DNA of 64,000 nt. Origin: Lama glama (Eukaryota). Shown in pieces: positions 38,110-50,160 of the stretch. The stretch's first letter is position 1; the number at the start of each line of letters is the position of its first letter. Location: contig CM052816.1 in NCBI GenBank assembly GCA_028534125.1, positions 65,164,001 to 65,228,000 on the forward strand. The letters run 5' to 3'. A model generated the notes under the pieces. It saw only the letters and a program-made list of their open reading frames with translations. It ran no database searches and was not told the DNA's origin. The position numbers and the translations under genes are program-made.

Positions 38110-38290
38110 TCAGGTGTGAATGGGATTTGGAATCAGAAAAACAGGGCTTCAAACTTCAGTGCCTCCACTTGATCTCTGTTTGTCCTTCAGCAAATGACTT
38201 AATCTTTCTAAGCCTTTTTTTTTTTCATTCATAACTAAAGAGAAAACTACCTCATAGCATTCAGTGAAACAGTGTGCAGTACACAGCCCT
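38110..38290 (+). mobile_element. MIR SINE
   Basis: TTTGGAATCAGAAAAACAGGGCTTCAAAC...GCAAATGACTTAATCTTTCTAAGCCT. Confidence 0.7.
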
Positions 38291-39233
38291 TGTGAAACAC
38301 TGGTTTTCTTACCTCGCTCCACTTATTTTTTCATTTTCATTTTCACTCTTTGCATGTTCAGAACTTTATTCTTCAGCTATGGTTTTTAGAATAAGAGTAT
38401 TACTGGATCACATTCATTTTTAACCTAAACACATCACTTCTCATTTAGCTGAAATGAGTATCAATAAGAGTTCACACTTCTGAAGTCCTGAAAATACATT
38501 ATTTGTTCAGGACACAGTTGACTGGCACAGTATGAGTCTCAACACATTTATAAACACCCATTTTAATGGTGTTTTCCAAGGTGTTAGCTATTACTCTGAA
38601 AGAAGGAAGAGAGTTGGTAAGGAGACCTCAGTATGAGATAAAAGAACTAGTTATTTCCTTATAAGCTAATGGCACAGAAATCATGTAATTAAATACCATA
38701 AAGGCTCAGAATTTCACTGTTCCCCTATGGAAACATCACAATTGCCTCAGTCATTAGCTCCTAGGATATCAGCCTTGACCAGCATACATCTGATCTCATT
38801 AAAACTATGCATTAGCATTTAGTGACTTGTAAAAATAAATTTCCTTCTAGATAGTTTTATACTATGCAGCACATTCAATTGACTATACAGCATGAGAAGG
38901 ACCACAATTTAAAGTCACCTTCTTTCATCCTGTATATCCTTGTTTATTCTTAGGGCACAGTAAACTTGAGTTATAGAGCAAACAGTGTCTTTATAACACT
39001 GGAGGGTTTGTTTTCTCTTCTTGAAAGAAAATGAGTATCTTATTCAGAGATTCCCTCTGTGAAGAACCAGACTAAATAATAATTTTTTAAAAATTCGATT
39101 ATATAGTGTTTTGTTTTCTTGGTTTCCCTGGTGAATTTTGCTTTCCATGAAGGTGAAGACAAATGACTAGTACTCATACAAAAATACAAGTATTTAGTAA
39201 AATAAGGCAACCGATTTAGTTTCCTGGGTCTGC

Positions 39234-39707
39234 TGTTATGAAGGAAAAGCCAGGCTGGGCTAACAAGATGACTCACAAGTCTAAGAATGTGAAAGAAAAG
39301 CTGGGCTGGGCTAACAAGATAACTCACAAATCTAAGTATCAGAATACTGATCTGAGTTCTGCTGGACTAACTTGTAAATCTAAGTTAATTAGTGTTGGTT
39401 TGCTGTTCATGTTTTTTTTTTTGCCAGCCAGATGGATTTTCAAAGAGATATATCTGGCTTTGGAATGTTGGTTTGCTACCTCCCTGCCTCCACTTTTGTG
39501 ATAATGATGCTGCTAAAAAGCTGTTCCATGCCTATTGGCCGAATACCCCAAGCTTGTACTTTACCCTATAAAACCTCATGCGCACGTCTTGGAGGTGCTC
39601 AGAGCTTCGGAGCAGAAGCCCCTCTGAGCCCTCCGGCGTAATACATCTGAGTACTCCAACCCTCCGAGTGGTGCTTGTTTCTTGGCTAGCCTGTCATTTC
39701 CATAACA
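39234..39707 (+). mobile_element. Young ERV (probably ERV1-class) LTR, 474 bp
   Basis: Perfect terminal inverted repeat TGTTATG...CATAACA; U3 direct repeats; ATTGG 39534; TATAAAA 39567-39573; CpGs retained. Confidence 0.88.
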
Positions 39708-39709
39708 CT

Positions 39710-40209
39710 NNNNNNNNNNNNNNNNNNNNNNNNNNNNNNNNNNNNNNNNNNNNNNNNNNNNNNNNNNNNNNNNNNNNNNNNNNNNNNNNNNNNNNNNNNN
39801 NNNNNNNNNNNNNNNNNNNNNNNNNNNNNNNNNNNNNNNNNNNNNNNNNNNNNNNNNNNNNNNNNNNNNNNNNNNNNNNNNNNNNNNNNNNNNNNNNNNN
39901 NNNNNNNNNNNNNNNNNNNNNNNNNNNNNNNNNNNNNNNNNNNNNNNNNNNNNNNNNNNNNNNNNNNNNNNNNNNNNNNNNNNNNNNNNNNNNNNNNNNN
40001 NNNNNNNNNNNNNNNNNNNNNNNNNNNNNNNNNNNNNNNNNNNNNNNNNNNNNNNNNNNNNNNNNNNNNNNNNNNNNNNNNNNNNNNNNNNNNNNNNNNN
40101 NNNNNNNNNNNNNNNNNNNNNNNNNNNNNNNNNNNNNNNNNNNNNNNNNNNNNNNNNNNNNNNNNNNNNNNNNNNNNNNNNNNNNNNNNNNNNNNNNNNN
40201 NNNNNNNNN
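39710..40209. other. Assembly gap (500 N)
   Basis: Run of N. Confidence 1.
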
Positions 40210-40959
40210 CTTGGTTCCAACTGATGGGGATAGGAGCTTAGTAATTCACTTTTAGCCCTCACTAGAGTAGAGTTAAAACGAACTTCACTGCCATGAAGAA
40301 TGAGATCTCTGTGGTGGTTCTTCTGAGTTTTTTCAGGTTGTTGGGGATTACAAAGGCCCTGACACTTTCTAGTTTCTAGAACTGTCCATGCACTCTTGAG
40401 TCAATGGTCATGTGTCTGCATGAGGCAGCAGATGGAATCACTATGACTCATTCACTTTATGACCATTTGTCCTTATGCTACCGTATGATCTACGTTTTCA
40501 GATCATTGTGACAAATTTTCTACTCTTACGGAAAATTCCTTTCACAGTTAAAGCTTTTAGTAAATGCTATGAAGCTAATAATTCTCTCTATTGAATGGGA
40601 ATAATTATGCACTGGTTCTTAAAATGCACTCATGGTTTTATTTAGTCATTAGAAAAATGAGAATATGATTCTTAAATGGGAAAAAAATTCACAGGCTAAA
40701 GAGCCATAATGTTGAACAATTCTTTTGTTTTTGAAGCTCCTTGGATGATGTTAATGATCAAAGCAGTGATTTATTTGAGTTTATAACAGAAAGCCTACAT
40801 CTTCTTTTGAAAATAAAGCTTCTAGATATTCTGTCTCATTGAAAATGGTATTTGAAAAAATTCTGCCTCAGCCTCCCTATTCCACCTAGAATATTCAAGA
40901 CTTTCTTAACATAAGTTGTCAAAAATATGTGTTTATTCTCCTTAACTTTTAACTAGTCA

Positions 40960-41010
40960 GTGTGTATGTATATGTGTGTGTGCATGTGCACGTGTGTGCA
41001 TGTGTGTGTA
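40960..41010. repeat. Degenerate (TG)n alternating purine-pyrimidine tract
   Basis: Directly visible. Confidence 0.85.
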
Positions 41011-41271
41011 TTTGCTATCAGTCTGGTCTTTGTAAGCTGCAGAGTATTTTCAGTGAGTGCAATAGGTAGTTTTCATGCCCTTTCATTGCTAAGCAATTAA
41101 AAAATTATCAGAACACATGCTTTTAAAAATGATCACAGTTAACTGTAAAATCTGTTTTGTTAATATCAGCAATCTCTCCCTTCTATTTAGAATTTTGTAT
41201 CTTGTCATGAATAATTGCATTAGTTTCAGGTTCTCTTTTTACATAGACATGGCCTCTAACCTAGTCCTCTG

Positions 41272-41805
41272 AATTAAGCAGAACACTTCTGGTTGCAAGT
41301 GATAGAAAACCAACTCAAGGTAGTTTAGCTATTGAAATAATAAAAATAATAATGATGACAACATATTAGTTACCTTAGCTGGAAGGATACCTGAAGACTT
41401 GTAAATGAAAGGAATAACTCTAGCACCAGAGCCTCAAAGACTCACCTCATCACTAATGGGATGGTTTTCTCCATCAATCATCTACCTCTTCTTGGCTTCC
41501 TCTATACACAGGCTCTTTTGACCTGGAAAGAAGGACAGCCTCCCATTGAAAAGACCTTCTTTTCTCTCATCATTGTTAGATCAGTATAGGAAAGGATTCT
41601 GCTTGGCTGATCAGTTGGGCTATGTCCTTACTCTTGGAACACATTGCTGCTAATAGAAAATGGGCTATGACTGACTCCTCCTGGGAGCTGGAAAGTGAAA
41701 ACCAGGAGTTTTCAGGAGTACGAGTCCTGTCAGACTCTCATGTGAAATGAGAGTATAATAGCTTCCCAAAGCATGGAGGCTAAGAAATCAAAAACACCTG
41801 GCTAT
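41272..41805 (-). mobile_element. Old MaLR LTR (MLT1K/L-like)
   Basis: CTTCTGGTTGCAAGTGATAGAAAACCAACTCAAGGTAGTTTAGC is the reverse complement of an MLT1J-L 3' end. Confidence 0.7.
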
Positions 41806-43859
41806 ACATCGTAAGGCTGTATTCCCTTTTCCTCGCCCTTTGCCCCAGTCTACCCAGAATCTGCTCTTCCAGACTCCCTTTTCCTCTCAGTGCTTGTATT
41901 TCCACTGGAAAATTAACCTGTGAGTAATCTTTTCAGACTGCTGTCCTTAAAAAGACAGGACAAGGTCAACAGCTTTATTATACTTCCAGTTTCAATACTC
42001 TAAAGAAAGCCTCTAGGTTTTTTTTTCCCCCTTCCAAGTAGATTATTACTCTCAGGAAAAATTAAATGAATAAACTCAGGGGCTCTATTAAAAATATTTC
42101 ATAGTACCTACATACAGCATGGGCACTAAATAATCAGAACTGATATACATATTCATGCTGGCACCACATCCTAGAGGCCCCTGCTGTAACTTTGGCTTTG
42201 GTTTCCCAGTTGCAGGATAGTGCCATAGTCCCAGGTGTCCTAGAGGTTGTGGTACCTTAATAGTTGGGGATTCCAGGCAGCTCAAAGCAGCAACTACCTA
42301 ACTGCCTAGAGACTGTCCTAATATTTATGCAATTGTACGTGATCACTGACTATACAACTAGGTTACCTTGTGAGCATATAGGATTAACAGCTACTTAAGA
42401 AAATCAATTCTGCACAACTGACTTTAAGAGAATTAAGTGTTTGAAACATTGACCAAAGATGACGTGCTTTTTAAATAGTTGTTCTTAGTTTGTTTTCTTG
42501 TTTATTTTGTTTTCTTTCCCTGCATATGCTTCAAATGGGTCACTGAAACTCTGGAAATTATATGCAAATTTTGCTGGATAAGTGGTATATGCATGATTTT
42601 TTTATTCTGGGGGACAACACCGGTGACTTTTATCAAGTTCTCAAATGAGCCCATTCCATACACAAACACTGCACACACACACTTAAAATGGTAAGGATCA
42701 CTGTCATAAAATCTCACAATTATAATTTCCATAAATGGGGACGAGTACATCTAGCTCATATGAGTAGTGTCAAATAATTAAGTTACAATTTTAAAAGGAG
42801 TAGGATCATAACACATGCCTGTGATTCCCCACTGAAAATTTTTCTTCAGTGTTTACAACCCCATTTTGTATGCTTAGTCTTGCAGTCATATTAATCACTA
42901 AATAAGGGATTTATTTTGTGTGCATTTACCTTAGCCCATTACCTGTTCTGGTTCACATTAACTCATAGGTAAAAACTATAAATATTCTTGTATTCATCCT
43001 CATGAATTTCTTCACCAAGTGATAAGGTATAGAACAGTGCTTGATATCAAAGATAATTGGGCTTAGAACTTGTCTACATTTATGAAAAGTCGGCTGAAAA
43101 AGTCTCAGTTTGCAATTTTAAGAAGAAAACTGGCACAAACTTTAGTGGAAATGTCTCATAAGCCAAAAGGTTAAAAGGCAAATGAGGTCAGAGCTGTCTG
43201 ATAAATGGTGAAGTCAGACCTTCGGCTCCAGCTCCAGCCTGGCCAGACCATGCCCTTAGAGTTACTAAAGATAAACAGTTGGCAGGGAACAAGCTCATTA
43301 AGACTGGAATGCAAACACTTCTAGAAGTACTTCCTTAAGCAGTTCTTCAGGTGCCCTATTTATCTTGAAACATTTTAGGAAAAGCTATACAATATGAAAG
43401 AATCCCTGAGGTTCAGGCAATAAGTGAGTAAAGGACTATACACATTGGGGCCAATGATTCTATTTTGAAAAGTTGAGAAAAGTAAACTTCTCAGGTGGTA
43501 CATCGGGTTATGAATGTCTAGGACTCAATTTTCCACAGTGTTTAGTCTTCCTTGATTATTGCATCTGATGGCCAGGCTGGGCTTTCCCTGTAAATATATT
43601 GTACACAGTTTACTTTGAAAGAATATGAGATTTTGTACTTTTACATTATTAAACTTATGAATGACTCCTTCTTCTTTTCCTTTTTGTGTGCTTCTGCTCT
43701 AGTCTAGCCTTCTTCTCCTCATTTGTTTCATTTGGTTTTTGCTACTCAATGTATGTTGTGAACTGTAGCACCTCTCCCGTATTTGGTCTCTAAAATTATA
43801 CAATTCATTTGGTATGATGCAAGTAAGACTTGAGTTGAAGCCCTGAATCTTCTGGGTTT

Positions 43860-44305
43860 ATTCATTTTTAAAATAAATATTTATTGTACATTTGTAAGTT
43901 AGGCATCAGCTCTACTCACAGCAGTGAACAAAATGGACCTGGTCGCTTAGGGCATTTGCAGTTGAATGAACAAAACTGACATGAATTAATCAGGTGAACA
44001 AATAACCACATAACTATAAGTGAACGAGAGCGACAAAAAATAAAAGATCATCAGAGAACTTTGAAAAAGTGATAGAAGGGGTTACCTCAGATCGACAGAA
44101 TGGAGATGTCGTATTCTTTAGGAAGGAAATATTTTAGCCATTAGCTGAAGAAAGCAAAGGTGTCAACAATCGTGGGAGAAAGAAAATCTAAGAGGAGGGA
44201 GCAACATGGACACAGGTCAGCTGAGGAACTGATGGAAGCTAGTATGGCTAAAGAGAGTGGGAGAGAGGTTGGCAAAAAATAAAGAGAGAGCTTCATGGCA
44301 GCCCT
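43860..44305 (-). mobile_element. L2 3' fragment
   Basis: TTCATT...AAATATTTATTGTACATT...GCAGTGAACAAAATGGACCTGG. Confidence 0.7.
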
Positions 44306-44309
44306 AGTG

Positions 44310-44465
44310 AAAGTCACCATGTATGTGACCTTCCGCCTCTGTCCAGACACAAGGTAGGATCTCACTTGCTGGCTCCCTCGTGATTGGTAGGGGGCTATGG
44401 CTGCTAGATCTGACCAGTGAGTTGTGAGTACAAGTGATGCCTATGACTTTCTGGCCAAGTCCTGA
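44310..44465 (+). mobile_element. MaLR LTR fragment (MLT1H-J-like)
   Basis: CTGACCAGTGAGTTGTGAGTACAAGTGATGCCTATGACTTCTGGCC, an MLT1 core motif. Confidence 0.6.
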
Positions 44466-46820
44466 AATAATGCTAGTGATGGATAAGATCCCTTTGGCAA
44501 TGGAGTGGAACTTCCTAGCCATCAGCCAAACAGGGAAGAAAAGTGCTGTCGGGTACCATATGAGGGAACCAGAGGCCAGGAAGAAGGTCTCTTTCAGAAG
44601 CAGAATTGAGGGGTAAAACCATTTGTGTCATGTTATAGTAGGTTCTGCTATAACATGGAGGGTAGAGGGTGAGTGGGGAAAACCTTCCCTTAATATGTAA
44701 AGAAGGAGGAAAGAATGTGAAGTAGTGCCTATGACCTTGATGAAGTTATCTTTCTCATTCTCTAATTGCTTCATAGAAATAAAGAAATAAACAAAGAAAT
44801 AATATGGAGATAAGGAATAAAGTATTAGTCACTTTCCTGTGCGTTGAGAGAATCTCCAGAGGAGACCAAGACCAGTGATGTAGGTTGTCTGTCAGGCCTG
44901 CCCCGCCAGAACTCAAGAACATGTGACCCTGTCTAAAAGGCAGGTAACCCTATCTTTCAGTACTTGCTAGACTCCACCTGGTGTAGAGCTGTGCCTGAGA
45001 CCTGCCTGGGAACTTGATATTGTACCTTCTCCCATTGACATCTTTGGGAAGATTTCACACTTGGCAGTTCCTTACTAAATCAGAGCAGGGGTATTATATG
45101 GAGCTGTGTGTGATCTTGGTATGTGTAACCTAGGTTATGTGAAGACCTTACAAAGGTTACCTGATTGGGGATAGTTTTAAGAACATGATTTTCAAATCCT
45201 TAATTAACATGTATTTTCTTTCCTAAAAAAAGATCTGCTTGAGAACCAATCTGGATGGAGTCACAAGTCCTTTTCCAATCCCCTTTTTCATAATTATCCC
45301 TCTCCATTTTACAAAAAATGTTAAAATTTTTGCCTCCTCGCCACCCCTAATGTCACTAGGGTATATTTCTATGAAAAATATCAAATTTTCCAGTAGAAAT
45401 CAAAGGGACAACTTGACATGCTGTCTTGGTAGTATATTAAAAAAGTGAATAACTCTAATAATTAACAAATTTTTGTGCAGGAAAAGTGGTTATCAATTTT
45501 TTTTTCTTTTTGCTTTTAACAAAATTGAAGGAGGACCTATTTTAAGTCTAAAGCTGATAGACAGTTGAGAATGATTTTTGGTATTACATGACTAGGCTTT
45601 GGGGTATTTTTTTTTTGGCATGCATGAGGATTTCAAGGGATTTAATAATATTACCAAATAAGCTTCTCCCATCCCCATATACTTATCTGTAGCATCTACT
45701 ATCAAATTAAAATATAGGAATAGAATTTATCCTGAACTTTGTCTCATTCTAGAAATGAGATATATTCATCTACAAATTATTATGAGAAGACTGAGAATTT
45801 TAAGACCATTCTTATTAAAGATAAATTCTCAATAAAATTTTAGTTTTTATATTAAACAGTTATTAAAACTTACAAGATGTTTTGAATAATCATGTACTAT
45901 GTGATTATAATGATAGGCCTACACAGAAGAAAAAATTTTAATACCTAAATCATTATAATCACAGTATATTTTTTGAGAACTAAATGTCAATTTATATGCT
46001 TTTTTGCTGCATAGAAGTGTAATAGGGCTATAAAATGCTTTCAAATTTAAAATATAAGTTCAGTAACATTTCCTGAGGAAATGGAAATGGAAATAGAAGT
46101 TTTAAGAAGTACTAAAAATATTTAATTTCTGTCTTTTAATGAAAACTTTGTTAATTTATAGTTTTAAATGGATGATTGATGGTACCAAATTAACACAGCA
46201 TTTAGATTTCTTTGAATACAGTTTTAGAAAATTATTTAACAATTTTATTTTAACCTGTCAGTTTTACAGTCAGATAATCCATACCTTGCAAATATTTAAA
46301 TGTATGATGAAAAATAGATTTGACTTGAACATATATGGAGAAATAACTAGTTTTAAAAAATTAGTTTAGATAATATAAAACTGAAAAATGTGAAGAATAC
46401 TGGCCTTGAGAGTTTATTCCCAGGTGTGGTCTACTATTCTAAAAATCCTTATAGATGATAACCAACTATTGCACGGTCTATCAAGTTGAATCATTATGTA
46501 TGCTGCAGGTATATAGAAATTTAGGACATGGAGTTGATGGTGTGAAATGTTAGCAGGCAACAATAAACCATAGAGAATTAGAATCCTGTTGACAATTATT
46601 AACCTGTGACCTTTTGACTTTCCTCGGATTAGAATTTTGAAGAGATCTTCTTAAAAAAGGAGAATGTGGGTATCTAGAGGGATGCCAGCCAGAAAAATTG
46701 GGGGAGAAAGGGCTTCCAACTTTCCTGGTCAGAGTGAATGTTCACTGTTCTGTGAACAAGCCTGTGGAAAAATAGAAGGAAAGAACAGGAGGACATAGTC
46801 AATTTAAAAATGAGAGGAGA

Positions 46821-46960
46821 GGGGAGGGTATAGCTCAGTGGTAGAGGGTCTCCTTCACATGCACATAGTCCTTGGTTCGATCCCCATTACCTCCATTAAA
46901 ATAAACAAATGAACAAACAATGTAATTACCCCCCCAAATAAAAAATAAGAAAAAAATAAA
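46821..46960 (+). mobile_element. tRNA-Ala-derived SINE (camelid Vic-1-like)
   Basis: GGGGAGGGTATAGCTCAGTGGTAGAG...GGTTCGATCCCCATTACCTCCA with Pol III A box (46831) and B box (46874); A-rich tail with AATTACCCCCCC; inserted at TT/AAAA with a degenerate TSD. Confidence 0.88.
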
Positions 46961-49192
46961 AATAAGAAAGGCGAGTAGGTTAGGAGGGAATGGAACTTTT
47001 GTTGTTGTTCTTGAAAGTAAGTTAAGAGCACAAGAAAGGGAAAAACAGAGATAAAAGAACTAAAATCCTAACAAAAAGGAAGGTGAATAGGTCAAATTCA
47101 TGACAAGATGGAAATTAGTAAATTGAAAACAATGGATAAAAAGGTAGAAACAAATGAGACCAAAGGTTAGAAATACAATTAAAGCAGATAAAATAGTCAA
47201 AGTAAGGCTGAGTGGCTTGCACCCCGGTGAATGGAGGTGTCCTTGTAAGATTAGCCATGTTTCCTTAATACAAACAGCTGAGGCAGGTAAGTGGCTGAGT
47301 TTGGTCCCAAGCAAGCAGTTTCCCGTATTTTAACATTGTGCTAGAAAGACTAGAAGGTGAGCTATCCCTGCCCAGATAAAGTAAGTGATGGCTTACAGGA
47401 TGGTGTAGGAGAGCATCCCCTCCACGCAGCACCTCTTTCGCAGTTCTGCGTTTGCCTGTGGTAGGGATGGCTGTCCCTGAAAGCTAATAGAGGAAAGTCT
47501 TCTGAAAATAAGAGAGTGCACATAGAACAGAGCCTTGCTTCCTTCCTCACATCCCCCACATGGAAGCAAATCTGTGCCCTCCAGCTTCTGATGCCCTTCA
47601 CTGAAGAAGGGACCTCTAATATCAGTCCATCCACTCACTACAGTGAAAGAAAGTCTGAATTCTGGACCAGTTTGGGGCTCAGAATGTTCCAAAAGTGTAT
47701 GATGCCCTGCAAGGGAAAGGAAACCCTTAGGGCAGCTTGCTGAGTATTTGGGGAAAGAAAGAGACAGTTGGATGAATGGGACTAATGGCATGTTTATGAG
47801 TCTCAACTCTTTTTTCATTTATTTCTTTTGACAGAGCCAACTTCTCTTCTAGTAGCCCTTAGCCATTTTCCAGCTCCTGATAGCTTGAGCCACACTGCTT
47901 CTCAATGCATGAAGTTTTTCCCCATTTTCCCATACCTGTATCCACTCTGGGAATGGGGATCTTCTTCTCCCTTGGGCCCTGAAGAAGCTGCTGTATCAAA
48001 GGTCACTGAGACCACTGTCTTGTCCTATTATGTTCTCTTGTCTAAGATGTTCAGTACGGATGCATAAATTTTAGCAAAAGCATGGATATGCATATGAACT
48101 AACCTGAAAGCTTGAATCATTTGCTTTAGAAACTGACTCCCAGGGTGTCAAGGAGGAATTTGGTGCCACTGTCTTTTAGGGAGTGTTTCTGAAATGAGAT
48201 ACCCAACAGGAGTTTGTCAGATTCCTTCTATGATTCTTCTCAGAGGTACTAGCTTTATGCGTGTCATGTCACTTAGTATGTTTTTGTGGTGATATTTTGT
48301 TCCTGGGAAGATCATTTTCCATTAAGACATGTATTTCCAGAAGCAGAGAAATGTCTGACTAAACTGAACACTCATGGAAGTTAAAATAAGGATGTGTGCT
48401 TTTTCAGTATCATGTCAGCTTTTCCTGAAAATATCAGGCAAAAGTATCTGACATGGCTAATAAAATAGTTTCTTCTGTAAAAATTGAATGAAGAAAAAGA
48501 ATCCTATGACTTCAGTGTTACACTGCTATCACTCTGTTTCAGGCAGAACTTTAAAGTCTATGTTACGATAAACATGTCATAAAGAGCAAGCTTTAACGTA
48601 TATTGTAAAATGTCGCTGCTGGAATATAGATGTCATTTGCTTTCACAGAGCCTGTGAATACAAATGAGATCCCATTAACGGCATTGTCCTAATTGCAGTG
48701 AGTCTCAGTTCCCCATCTGCGTGGCTGTAGCCTCTCACTCTCTCCCATCCCCTTTTCCTCCCCCTTCCTGTCCAAATCTCCTCCCTTTATTATGAGCTTT
48801 CCAGATGTTTTAATTGAGCTGAAAGCAATATGCACACCGTCATTCCTTGACTCAGTCCCTCTAGTTGCTGCCCTACAGGGGAAGGCTGTCTTTCCCGGCA
48901 CCGCCACCCTCAGCCAGGACCCAATCCCTCTCTCTGCCGATAATGCACTTGTGGTCTGCAATGCCGATATGTGAGGTGATGGAGGAAATGCACCTCTGCC
49001 CGACACAAGGCTGTATTTTATCACCTATAGCATGAAGCAGAACTGTTTGTGCCCAGAAATTTTTTTTTAATAAATATAGCTATGATCTGACTATCACTCC
49101 TCTCTCCATCTGGGCTAAAAACCAAAGTATAGTGTGCCGGGGTGAATATTTTTTAAAAAGAAAGATGGCAGACACCATTTCCCAACTCTCGC

Positions 49193-49546
49193 TATATTAG
49201 TCAGCTCAGACTGCTACTGCACAGTAATGTAGAATGGGTGGCTTAAATGATAGAAATTTATTTTCTTACAATTCTGAAGGCTGGAAGTCTGAGACTGGGG
49301 ACCAGCATGGTCAGGTTTCTGCTGAGAACTCTCTCTCTGGCTTGCAGACAGCTGCTTTCTTGCTATGTCCTCAGAGAGAGGGCTCTGATGTCTCTTCCTC
49401 TTCTTAGAAGGGCACCAGCCCCTATGACCTCAGTTAACCTTAACATCTTCCTAAAGGCCCCATTTCCAAGTATAGTAACATTGGGGCTTGGGGCTTGGGG
49501 CTTGAGCAGATGGATTTTTTGAGGGGACACCATTCTGTCCATAGCA
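49193..49546 (-). mobile_element. MaLR solo LTR, MLT1A-type
   Basis: TATATTAGTCAGCTCAGACTGCT...GGGTGGCTTAAA...AGAAATTTATTTTCTTACAATTCTGAAGGCTGGAAGTC...CATTCTGTCCATAGCA. Confidence 0.9.
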
Positions 49547-49934
49547 TCTACTATTCTCTTGCTTCTTATTCCTCTCTTCTTAACTCCACCAACTGCAAAT
49601 CCAAGGTGTAAAACTCCTCCTTAGCTCCCCTTCCAACGTAAAGGTGAGTGTGCACATTGACTCAGGCAGATAGGTGCCGCCATAGCAAATAGCCAAATTC
49701 CAAATTCCATTTTGGACATAGTTAGGACAACTATGGATATAATCAGTGTCACAGAAGTCATGACTTCTCTGTGCCTGGAACTCTTAATCTTCATTCTGGA
49801 ATATTCCCTCACCTGCCTCAGGAATCCCACCAGTAACCACCTCTGTGATACAGCTCTCTACTGCCTGGGGGCGGGGCAGGGAGCCTCTGTGATTAGCATT
49901 AAGCCCATGGATACATCCTGGAGTTGCAGAATGA

Positions 49935-50160
49935 ATGTGCATAAGGTTGGGGAACAGTCAAACCTGAGTTTGAACATGAGCTGTGTTATTTATTACCTTC
50001 CAGAACTCGGCAAGCTATTTAACCTCTCCAACACTAACTCATTCTTCAGCAAAAGAGAGTAAATAATACTTGACTTGCAGAACTTTTGTTAATAGAGACA
50101 GTAAAGTAGCATGTATCCAGGATTATGCCTGGAGCATGGATTAGTGACTTGATATATGAT
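49935..50160 (+). mobile_element. MIR SINE
   Basis: GTCAAACCTGAGTTTGAAC...GGCAAGCTATTTAACCTCTC. Confidence 0.7.

Noticed and set aside
40210..40232. TGGTTCCAACTGATGGGA after the gap loosely resembles a tRNA-Glu primer-binding site following the LTR
   Set aside because: The match needs indels, it is separated from the LTR by a gap of unknown size, and the downstream DNA does not look like an ERV leader or gag.
39576..40262. 225-228-aa ORFs
   Set aside because: Artefacts of translating through the N gap.
46821..46895. Apparent tRNA-Ala gene
   Set aside because: Disrupted anticodon arm, A-rich SINE tail and TSD-like flanks show it is a SINE.
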